This document shows positions 34,131 to 44,959 of a DNA stretch of 64,000 bases, in pieces. The DNA is from Phallusia mammillata (Eukaryota): contig OZ281494.1 in NCBI GenBank assembly GCA_965637545.1, positions 29,636,001 to 29,700,000 of the forward strand, given 5' to 3'. The first letter of the stretch is position 1; each line of letters starts with the position of its first letter. The translations under genes were made by a program, and so were the position numbers. The notes under the pieces were generated by a model, which did not search any database, was not told the origin of the DNA, and saw only the letters and a program-made list of their open reading frames with translations.

Positions 34131-34969
34131 GGGGAGATGCAGGACCATTGGGTCAAAATTCAGTTTTTCATGACTATTTCTTTGAGTTCGAAAGAAAAAT
34201 TGCCATTGAACACCTGTACTAATACTACATGTTTTAACACACTTACACAAGGGCATAACTTTCTTATTTGGAAATGCGTTGGCAAGATATTCCGTTTTAA
34301 AAATTGCAAAAAATATGGCTCAAAGGTCCTTACCCTTGGGGACCATTGAGCCTCGCATAAAGGACCTTTGGGCCAGTATTTTCATGTGATATTCTGGACC
34401 ATTAAACCACGCATGAGGGATCTTATTAAGTGTTGTGTTTGAAAGTAGAACAATTTTATTGAAAAAGAAATCTAATATTAATCCAAAAAAAATACAACCA
34501 GCATCAATAGCTTTATAGGCCAAGGACCTTTGGGCCATGCCCAATGGTGTAAAGTCAAAGGGCCATGCCCAATGGTCCTGTGAACAACTGGCTCAATGGT
34601 CCTGTATTGCCGCCATTACGAACTTATCTTACTGAACTACGTTACACAAATTAACTTAAGAAATACTAATGCTCATCTAACGCTACAATCAACTAACTAA
34701 TATCCTGCAAACTTCGTGTTTTAACTAGCTTTCTCTCATAAAGAAATTACAAAAATGTAAAGGAGCAAAATATTTACTTTCAAGCTGCGAAAACTTAGTT
34801 ATGCTCACAGTTTCTTCTGTAAGTGACTGACCTTCTTGTTGTTACAGCTTTAAAACTATTGCAACACAAGTACTTTAACACATGACTGAGAACTCGCTAC
34901 AGCAACCAGTTTGAGAGAAACGCATGATGGCCCAAAGGTCCTTCATGCCCAATGGTCCCGCATCTCCCC
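34131..34969. mobile_element. TA-flanked non-autonomous DNA transposon (Tc1/mariner-pogo-like MITE)
   Basis: TIRs GGGGAGATGCAGGACCATTGGG / CCCAATGGTCCCGCATCTCCCC with TA on both sides. Internal repeats AAGGACCTTTGGG and CCCAATGGTCC. Confidence 0.75.
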
Positions 34970-35222
34970 TATTATACCGGCTTTTAAATCGTGGTTCTAA
35001 AAGCAAATTAATGCGAAAAGAAAAAGAAAATGTCCAGTTTGCAATCACTAATGGGTTTATGTGTCGTCACTTCATCTTTCTATGCTTAACTGTAAGGGGG
35101 ATTTAGATTTATTATGACAGATGTTGTTTATTAGCCAATTAACTGACGAAGACATATTACAGATGTCACATCATGAATTCAATACTTGACAGACATAATC
35201 ATAGCGTTGCAATAGTTGTACT

Positions 35223-36964
35223 CATAGGCGCCGAGTTTTACAAAAATGCAAGGTGGCGGACCTAAATTATGACGTCACTTTTTGTGAAGCACTAATGCGT
35301 GCAACCACACGAGCTTCAACTCAAAGCGCAATAAACTTTCAAAAGAATGCAACGTTCGTCAAATTCTTTAAAAAAAATATTTTTTAAACTAATGTTCATT
35401 TGAAACACTTTGCTTTAACGTTATTATTGGTTTGGCAACGTTCAGAGAATGTTCCGACAAGTTGTTGCTCTTGTATCACCTAAAATAACCATTTATTACA
35501 GTAAAATCGCATTTTACACAATAATAGCCATACATTCACTGACAACAATTGTGTGTTTGACGTCATTAACAAAGCACTGACCAAAACAGGTTGCAGTTTC
35601 GACACGTTTTGTTGCTGTCATGCCAGCATGCTTGTTTAAAAGCAAAATTGTTCCCAAATTTCTTTAGATTTTACGATGTTTCGTACGATACCGCTACAAA
35701 TAAACCAAAATATTCACTTGCTTACAAACCCAAGGTGGCGGCTCCACCCCGCCACCGCCCACTCGAGGCGGACATGCGAGCGTTTTTTGCACATTGTGTT
35801 CGAAAATGTGCAGGTCAAAATGTGCGCACATTTTTTGAAAATGTGCAGATGGCAAAATGTGCAGGTGCCAAATTGTGCAGGTCAAAATGTGCGCACATTT
35901 TTTGAAAATGTGCAGGTGCCAAAATGTGCAGGTCAAAATGTGCGCACATTTTTTGAAAATGTGCAGGTGCCAAAATGTGCAGGTCAAAATGTGCAGGTGC
36001 CAAAATGTGCAGGTCAAAATGTGCGCACATTTTTTTGAAAATGTGCAGATCAAAATGTGCAGATGCTAAAATGTGCAGATGCCAAAATGTGCAGGTCAAA
36101 ATGTGCAGTCGCTCAAATGAAGTATTGATATTTAACGTCAAACTATGTACAGTGTTAAGGCACTTACATAAATGTTTTATTAGTGTTGTGGTTATGAATT
36201 GTGCCAAAAATATTAGTTATAACCTATAAATTAAAATCGGATTTATAAGAAACTTGTAAAAATGCATATTGTTTTTGTTAAATATGGCAAAGCATGAAAT
36301 AATCCAACATTCAGGATATAAGAAACACTGTTTTTCAGACTAGATATGTACATGATCGTCACCTCAAATGGTTTGACTTTATTGTTTTCAATTTAACGCC
36401 TGTTAGCCTGTAGCCTGCTTTATCAGAGTTACTGCAACTGCAAAAAGTTGATAACAAAAGAAACGAGAGGAGAAGAGGAGCTGGACTACCATATGAGTAT
36501 ACTGTGATTAAACTCAAAACCAAGTCAAAGACCCAGCTATCCAGTGATTTTTATTCAATGAAATCAAATGAATTATTAGAAAGTTTTCCATCCTTGGGGT
36601 TCTACTGCACAATTGACAAAAGGACTTTGTGTCTTTGGAAGAAACTCAAATGACAACCTTCAAAAAGAAAAGGACAACCACACAGTTGCACAGCAATCTT
36701 CCTAATGTTTGACATTTTTTATTTGTTTGAGGCTCATTTACGTGACATAACTTGGTATATAGGTATTTAATTAGGTTAGTTTTGAAACCCACACAAATAC
36801 TTGATGTGATGCCCTAATTTGAAGTTTGCTAAAACATTCATGTTATTGCTTCTGACTTGCTATAGTGTGCACCAGATAGGCTAGAAAGACCTACGACCTG
36901 CACATTTTGGCGCACATTGTGCAAATTTTTGCCGTAAGCCCTGTTGGGCCACTCGGCGCCTATG
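35223..36964. mobile_element. 1.74-kb non-autonomous hAT-like element containing a minisatellite
   Basis: Perfect 13-bp TIRs CATAGGCGCCGAG / CTCGGCGCCTATG and a perfect 8-bp TSD GTTGTACT. No transposase ORF was recognised. Confidence 0.88.
35803..36108. repeat. Minisatellite of about 19 AAAATGTGC-based units (14/16/21 bp), four being the palindrome AAAATGTGCGCACATTTT
   Basis: Direct reading. The higher-order unit AAAATGTGCAGGTGCC-AAAATGTGCAGGTC-AAAATGTGCGCACATTTTTTG (51 bp) recurs. Confidence 0.95.
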
Positions 36965-36976
36965 GTTGTACTGATC

Positions 36977-37283
36977 TAGGGATGTGCCAAAACTGCAAAT
37001 GTTCTTGGTCGAGCACCGAGCATTAAAGTGAAATGCCGAGCACGCTCGGTGCATTATGACGTCACAAAAAATCCCCTTTCTACGTTTTAGCTCTACAAGG
37101 TCTCTTACGTCACCGGCGGTGTTTTATTTAGCTGTCATGCCCTTTAAGTACGCGTTTTTCCACTATCTAATACATTTGAAAAATCATTCGTTTTTGTTCA
37201 AAGACACCCTTTAGAACACTAGTTTCGTATGTTAGCAGGGCATGAATATGCAAATTTAACGCTCGGGTCAGTTTGTGCAACTG
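36977..37283. mobile_element. Truncated second copy of the 22427-22824 hAT MITE
   Basis: It begins TAGGGATGTGCCAAAA and is colinear with 22427-22743. The right TIR is missing. Confidence 0.85.
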
Positions 37284-37934
37284 AAAAACAAAGTAGGCAA
37301 CACACTCGAAGGACTCAGTGGGGCCTAAAAGAAATGTTATACAAAAGTCGCCGATAAATGACTTACTCCATTTTATCATAGTTTTTCACAAATTAAATAT
37401 TTTACGTTATGTATACAATACAACGATAAAAACTACAGAAAAAATACAAGCCGAAATAATGTGAGATATGTTAAGCTTAACGACCTTTTTAACGTAATTT
37501 GCGATTTGATTACCTTTAAAGGCAGCAACTATTGTGTTGCCCGGCAAAGCTGTTTAAAACACGTTGAAATGAAGTAGGTGCGTTGAAAAGGTTAGCCTAT
37601 CAGAGTTGTAAGTTAAGCGGGCATTTCGGGTCGGGTAGGGGTTCGGACCTGACTTTACACTTGATGTCATCTTTGCCGCATCCTTACCATCTTTGGGGCT
37701 AAAGGAGGGCTTTGTTTAGACCGGGATTGTGGCTTGTACTTTCGGATTTGTGCCGGGTAAAGGCTGTGGCATACATTTAGAAATATTGAACTAAACTAAA
37801 TTGTACCACTGTTTAAAAACAAACGAAAAAAGGAATACGAAAGGGAAATTTATGCAAAAAGTACCAAAGCAAATAAGTACATGTTAGAAATAAGACAAAC
37901 TTAGTTTCCCATGCACGTGCGGCTCCATTTCTTT

Positions 37935-40181
37935 TCATTCAACTTCTACCACAGCAGGCAGTAAGTCTTGTAAAGGGCTCACACACAAATAAACAACAAC
38001 AAAACACACACCGGACATGAATGATAAAATGGCAGAAAAGAAAAATGGATAACTAAACGAATCACTTGCGTCCACTGCTATTCCAATTAACGGGGGTGAT
38101 GCCAATGAAACAGCACCTATCAAAAAAGAACGCATACCCAAAGATGTTAGCAAATTTTCTGTGCCAAAAAGATCTGAGAGAACGGTAATGGGCATTGCTC
38201 CTGCAATTCCTGAGCTTGCTGCGTAAATAACTACAACAATTACTACACCAAGATAGTCGGTGGCGAACGGAAGAATAAAAGCAGTAGCAGATTGTATAAA
38301 AAGTGTGGCACTTAAAATATAGGATCTGTTTACGTGGAAGGACCCAATAGTTTTAAGACTAACCACATAACCGCCTAAGGGCGTCAGAGCAATTGAAACA
38401 GCACCGATGATTGAAACCAATCCAGCTGCTGCGATGCTGTCGATACCTTGCGATTGTGCGTACCGTGTTAGGTAAGTATACACTACTACTGAACTAGCAA
38501 CGTACATACTACAGGCTAAACAATATAACATAAAAGGAAAAGATTTCAGCAGAGAAGTGTCAAACATTTTTTGTCGAGTGGATTTTTGTTCCGCATTGCA
38601 ACGACTTGCTCCATTGAAAGTAAACAGAATAGCTGGAAGTGTATTAAGTGCAAAACCACCCATAAGAAGTAGTGATCCACGCCAACCGTATAAATCAATC
38701 CATATTTGTGCAAGCAAGTTGAGAGGGATACTGCTAACTGCGCTACCTAAAGTTAGGATGTTATTCACCAATGGTCGCTCGTCAGAGAACAATTGTCCCA
38801 CAAGAGCAAACATTGTTGTTACCACCATGCAGCAACCTGCACCTAAAACAAAACCAACCATGTTAGAGCAGCGGTTCCCAACCTATGGGTCGCCTGAAAA
38901 TTCTGTTGGGTGGCATGTTTTGTGACAATAAGACCATCTACTTGTTAACTTCGTTTCGTAGCGTCATCTTTTATTTCCTCAGACTTTAAATTGTTACCGG
39001 ATAATGGTTTCATGACAACTTGGCGTAATAATGGTTAATTGTATTTGTGCCGTTATAAGATATGTTTTAGCTCGCTGTTGAGGACTATCTGGCTGATAAT
39101 GCTTTAAATCAGGTTTGAAGTTTGGGCTAAATGGAAATGTTTGGTGAAAAAAAAACGTGTAATATTGGTTAGATTTTTCAAACTGGTGTAGTATTTTTTT
39201 TAAAAAACTTTCCTCACAGAAATACAACCAAAAAAGTAAGAATGCATGTCCATGGGTCACGAGAGACCACAAAACAAAATTTTGGACAGTATTTGGGTCG
39301 CGTCAAAAAAGGTTGGGGACCATTGCGTTAGAGTCTATTCTTCTATCAGTAAGTTTTGTATTTATTAAGTTGTGATATTATGTTTAACAACTTGTACACG
39401 AGCAATAACGACAGCTTGTTATTTTTCTGTCATTGTTATTTTAACTCCTACTTAAGGGAAATGCGTTTTACAACCATATTCGGATAATGTATACTTTATA
39501 AAGACACTTTCTAAACACAACTAGATCAGTGTATCAAAGACATGGTTGTTTTACTTACCAAGACATACCCCTAATGTCAAGTATGTAAACCCAATGCTTG
39601 TAGAAATACTTGACAAACATACTCCAAGCGTTGCAATAACAGTGCCGATCAAACATGTCCATTTGTAACCAAATATTGAACACATCACAGTTACCAACGG
39701 ACCTGCAACACGCGTACATGGTTGAACAATGTGATCCTCTGACATAACACCAGTGGTGAGATTCAGTCGGTTCGCGCCGGTTCTAAAGAACGGTCTCACG
39801 AAATTTAATGAGATCAACAAACCGGTTAGCATTACTGGTTATACTGTCAATGGTCTTTTTAACAGAACCGCATGACTTTTGTGATAAAACCGGCTGAGAA
39901 AAAAATTGAATCCCACCACTGCATAACACTCAAAGTTGCAATGCTATGATACTTTGTGAACAATGTTATTTTCGTTATTTCGTACACTAAACAGACCACT
40001 TACCAGTAAAGAAATAAGTTCCGTACAGTATCGAAATCACCATTGAAGCTTCCTGAGCGCTGGCATTCAAATCTAATTGAAACACTAAAAAGTAAACACC
40101 TAAAGACTGCATAGGGCCACCAATAAAGAAATTTGTCAGAAAAGCCCCACAAGCAACTTGCACCTTACTCCATTTTGTCAT
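37935..40181 (-). CDS. SLC16/MCT-like paralog C (409 aa); exons 40181-40004, 39702-39559, 38842-37935
   Basis: Same exon sizes (178/144) and motifs. Closest to paralog B, including shared intron sequence. Confidence 0.9.
38869..39325. mobile_element. hAT (Buster-like) MITE in intron 2 of MCT paralog C
   Basis: Ends CAGCGGTTCCCAACC / GGTTGGGGACCATTG. TSD TGTTAGAG / CGTTAGAG. Confidence 0.8.
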
Positions 40182-40408
40182 TGTTTTTTTCTCAAACTAT
40201 TTAACTTATCATATTGAAACGTTACAGCTGTGAAAATTTATAAAAGCAGTATTGAGCAGAAATCAAATACTCAAAGTCGTTTACGAGATGTTTGTTCTAA
40301 CCAACCGACCGTGCTGTTGCGTTTGCTTACCCACTTTGACGCAACAGCCAGTAACCCTCGATCCTTTGCAAAGAAGTTTAATACTGTATGTGTACACAAT
40401 GTTAAGAC

Positions 40409-40858
40409 TGGAGATGTACCGAATATTCGGTTTGCCGAAATATTTGGCCGTATCGGCTATTTTTGCAAAAATTTTAATCTTTTACAAAAACAAATTTAAA
40501 GCGTTAAATGTGTTTTTTGGCGTAGTAAGTAACCTCTTTCAGACTTCACCACAACGAAAATCGATTCAACTTTTATATTTTTCAACACATTATCGTTTTT
40601 ACCACTGTAGACGAAAAATCAGTAATTCATTGGCAGGTTGCCAATCGTGCTTGAGGCAATTTTAAACCCCGCAGAACTGAAATAAGGACGTAACACAACT
40701 AGTGTGCACTAATTGCTTGGTTGATAAACATTTTTTCACGTCACACGCGTAGCGTATACGACTTCGCGTGACGTCATAAATATTTCGGTTGATTCGGCAA
40801 ATCCGCCGAATATTCGGCTTCGGCCCAATCGAAATTTAGCCGATGCGGTACATCACTA
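40409..40858. mobile_element. hAT MITE upstream of MCT paralog C
   Basis: Ends TGGAGATGTACCG / CGGTACATCACTA, perfect TSD GTTAAGAC, and subterminal CCGAATATTCGG repeats. Confidence 0.85.
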
Positions 40859-41133
40859 GTTAAGACTGCTTCGCCTAGCTTCTTTGCATTAAAGTTCCAA
40901 GACCTGAATCATTATATTAGCATAGTCTTTTGCCTGGATGTAAATACATTGTCGTAACCAGAGGTGTGTATGTGTAGAATAGAGTGGACATATACAACAT
41001 GTTGGTTTATGTTTAGTACTTTATTATGCCCAATTATAAGTTTTCAGGTGCAGACGAAGATTGGAATCACCTTCACCGAAAAGCACACTACCCAACAAAC
41101 GATGTTAGTACTTTGTACCAACGTAGTCTATAC

Positions 41134-41365
41134 CAGTGGTCGGCAACCGCCAGGCCGCGGCTCAGTGCCGGTCCGCGGCAAGTTCTTTACCGGGCCGTAA
41201 ACTTTTTCAGGTTAAATGTTTTTAAATATTTTGCCCGTGCACCCAGAGATGTTAAACTAATTTAGGCGTTTTCAGTGCTGAACACTTAGTTTTTTGAAGG
41301 CCGGTCCATGAATAAATTTTAGGTTTACAACCGGTCTGCAGTGCAAAAAAGGTTGCCGACCCCTG
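41134..41365. mobile_element. hAT (Charlie/Buster-like) MITE
   Basis: Ends CAGTGGTCGGCAACC / GGTTGCCGACCCCTG and a perfect TSD GTCTATAC. Confidence 0.88.
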
Positions 41366-42031
41366 GTCTATACAGACATTGGTCACGTATGTGGAACATC
41401 ACGACGATAGGTGACGTGTATTGTAATGAAGACATCGTCTGTGAATGGCTGTTGGGAAGAAGAAATATACAGAAGTTGTATATTGTTGCCAATGAAAAAA
41501 AAATTCAAAAAGATTGTAAGAATTGCACATTTTATTTGCAATAGGAAATACAAAGTACATGAATTGGTCAAATGTTGCACTTTATATTAAAAACACGACA
41601 AAATATAATCGTTTCGTGTGACATTGTACAAACAGACACAATGCACAAATAAGTGTAATAGGACTTTCACTGCAAAACAGCTGCTAGGCGTAAAATTAAA
41701 CATAAAAACACACGTAATTTATGATGGTTGGGCAAGATTGGCATTAAAAAATGTCGAGCTCATTATGAACGCCTTTAAATTGTAAGAATGTTGACAGGTA
41801 TAGCACCAATAAACGACTCTATGGAGCTGTAGCTTGCCTTATCGTTAAAAATAATTACGATTGCAGACGCAAGTCGCACATAGTATATCAAACGGTTCGA
41901 TTTTCATAAAGTAAAATGAAATAGTACAACGTTGTAACCGTAAGTGAGTGACGCATAAATAGTGTCTGCATATTGAAGCAAAAAAGAAAATGTGTTTTGA
42001 AATAATTTGTATTTTGAAAATAGGAAATTAA

Positions 42032-43626
42032 TTATGTTTTCGTTTCGTTTGACTCCATTACTCTTGTTACGGCTTCAACTAAATCAGGTTTCTTATCTTT
42101 TGAAGGATTCACACAAAGATAAACTATGACAAAACATACGCCAGCTATGCACGACAAACAAGCACTAAAGAAAAATGGGAAACTAAAAGTTTCGTATGCG
42201 TCCACTGCTATTCCTACTAACGGTGGAGACGCCATTGAAAAAGCGCCCACCACAAGAGAACGTATACCTAAAGATGTTGGCAACTTTGCTGGACCAAAAA
42301 GATCCGAAAGAACGGTAATAGGCAGTGCTCCACAAAGGCCTATACTGGCAGCGTACGCCACGACAACAATCACTATTCCAAAATAGTTTGTGGCAAACGG
42401 AAGTGATAGAACAGCAGTAGACTGTATCACAGCTGCGACGCCCATAACGTAAGATCTATTAACTTGTAAAGATCCCATCGTTTTGAGACTGACCACATAG
42501 CCAACCAATGGTTTAAGAACTATATCTACAGCCCCGATAATTGAAGATAGCCCAGCAGCTGCTATGCTGTCGATACCTTGTGATTGTGCGTATCGTATTA
42601 GATAGGTCGATACTAACACCATACTTGCCATATGCAGCCCACAGGCTGCACAATACAACAAAAATGGACAGGACTTGAGTAACGAAGTGTCAAAAATTGT
42701 GCGCCGATCAGCTTTTTGTTTTGCATTACAGCGTTTGGCACCATTCATAGTAAACAGAATAACTGGGAGCGCATTAAGTACAAAACCACCCATAAGAAGC
42801 AGCGAACCACGCCAGCCGTATGAATCAATCCATATTTGTGCGAGCAAGTTGAGTGGTATGCTGCTAACTGCGCTACCTAAAGTTACGATGTTGTTCACCA
42901 AAGGTCGCTTATCAGAGAAAATCTGACCCACAAGTGCATACATAGGGGTGATGGCCATGCAGGAACCAGAGCCTGAAAAAAGCAACATGTCAGCTGTTCA
43001 TACACATTCTGTTGGTTGAGAACTTAAAATGTCACAAAATGGTTAGCTGGGATAGTTGTTGCTACAGCCCAATGCAAATAATTGTTTGCAAACACTGTGT
43101 ACCAGCTGTTTGGCAAGTTGTTACCAATAAATCATTTACTTACCGAGGCATATTCCCACAGTCACATATATGAATTCAATACTAGGCGAAACGCATGATA
43201 AGCATAATCCAAGCGTAGCGATGGCCATGCCAATAAAGCAGGTTGACTTGTAACCGAAGAATGAACACATCACAGTTACAATGGGATCTGTAATGCACAT
43301 TGTACGTGTGGTTAACCATTTCTAAAACCTGCCGTAACTGCAGCTACGGTGCTGAACTTTGTCAACAATTGTTTTGTGTAAATGACAACACTGCAAATTA
43401 GACACATTCTTTACAAAACTTCATGTTCAACCTTGGTTAAGCACTTACCAGTAAAAAAGTAGGTTCCGTACATTATCGACAATACCATGGAAGCTTCCTT
43501 TGCGCTAGCCTCCAAAGCTAATTGAAACACCAAAAAGTATACTCCCATTGACTTCATGGGACCCATCATCAGAAAATTTACCAGAAAGGCCCCACAGACC
43601 ACCTGCACCTTGCTCCATTTTGCCAT
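42032..43626 (-). CDS. SLC16/MCT-like paralog D (420 aa); exons 43626-43449, 43287-43144, 42972-42032
   Basis: Same exon sizes and motifs. TM8 reads IIGAVDIVLKP. Closest to paralog A. Confidence 0.9.
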
Positions 43627-44959
43627 TGTTTTCTTCAAATTAAAAAACTTGTTGTCAACATACTACATGGCATATTCTTGCTTGTAACTATGGTACAGGC
43701 GGGTCACAGTAGTTCTTATGCGAGCAACCCTTCTTTGTCTACGGCGTAAACAAATGGCCGTCCGTCCCTACGTACGCCTCTACGGCCATGCTGCGTGCTT
43801 ATATTTACCTCAGACATCAGCTGTTTCCCCCCGTCTCTTTTGTATGTGTGTTAAATAACCATAACCCATCTGAGTGCAAAAATTGTACAAACCACAATTT
43901 CAGCTGCGTGTTAGTTACTGAAATAGCTAATTTTGCATTACTGAAACAAGGCAGGTGACATTATACTTGAAAACATCACGCATATCATAGAATGTACACC
44001 AGAGAAGTGTTTTTCAGGAAGTAAACAAACTTTTTCTACGCGACGTGAGTGCAGTGGTGCGTGACGATGTTTCCGCTTCAAGCAACGCGCGGTTTGCGAC
44101 TCGAATATCTTGTTTATGTGAAAGAGGACAGCTTCTTGCGGTTTTTCAAGATATACCCGTGCTGTATTGTGATTATTTGAATATACCACCAGAATATTGG
44201 CAAAGAGAAACTGTTATCCACTGAACACTGCATAACTCAAGCTGTACACTCAACACAGGCTTCTGTAAGTAGGTGCAATTGAACAGTATATTGCTTTGCA
44301 TTACTGAATGTCACTATTGGTAATTTTGTATTTTGCTAAAAAGCTATTTTTTGTCAGTTGACTTTGTGGTATGTGAGTTCAAGTCACCATATTCAGACAG
44401 CAAGAAGAATAAACAAGTATTTTGTAAGTATTTTAAGTTGCCAATTCCAGAAAATAATGTGTGGATAATCTGGGGTGACTGTTTATTAGTGTCAAGAAGT
44501 TAAAAAGTTATGTTACGTTTTTGGCAAAACTTGAAAGATGATTGATTTTTCACAAAAATAGGTTTGAAGTTCCTTGTTGTGAGTTGTGACTAGACCAACA
44601 CATGCAAAGATCAGTGGTTTTGCCATTATACTAGTTTAGTGTGTACTTAATAAAACTAAGAAAATGTCAATGTAACAAATAAATTTCACCTGCCACTTTT
44701 ACTATTTTTTTCTGTAGTTTATTTCTTATGGCATTTGTAAATAAAGTATCTTTGTGTACATATTTGTTTCTTTAACTGCACAAGTAGGACAGGCAATGTG
44801 ATGACCTCTACTTGGACAGTTAATTAAAGAAGACCTACAACAGCATTGTACTCCAGAGATTATGATTACTGGTCTGAAGCTGGTAAGCAAACATCAATCA
44901 GGCGATATGGGATAATTGCCTGGGAAGGTCATGTGGTAGCATACTATACCGTCTTTAAT

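Noticed and set aside
35143-35172. CUGACGA-A-GACAU/AUGUC hairpin resembling a hammerhead
   Set aside because: The GAAA half of the core is missing (followed by ACAUC).
35676-36229. Five overlapping ORFs and a CRISPR-like look of the AAAATGTGC array
   Set aside because: The ORFs are translations of a stop-free minisatellite. The units have no unique spacers, there are no cas genes, and the DNA is eukaryotic.
36425-36655. Open stretch LLQLQKVDNKRNERRRGAG...LWKKLK inside the 1.74-kb element as a transposase or captured exon
   Set aside because: I recognised no hAT motif and no convincing splice pair. It needs BLASTX.
29532-42926. Antisense ORFs overlapping the MCT exons (e.g. 29985-30317, 32001-32210, 38557-38925, 42126-42386)
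   Set aside because: They are shadow frames of the hydrophobic coding strand and recur in each paralog for that reason.
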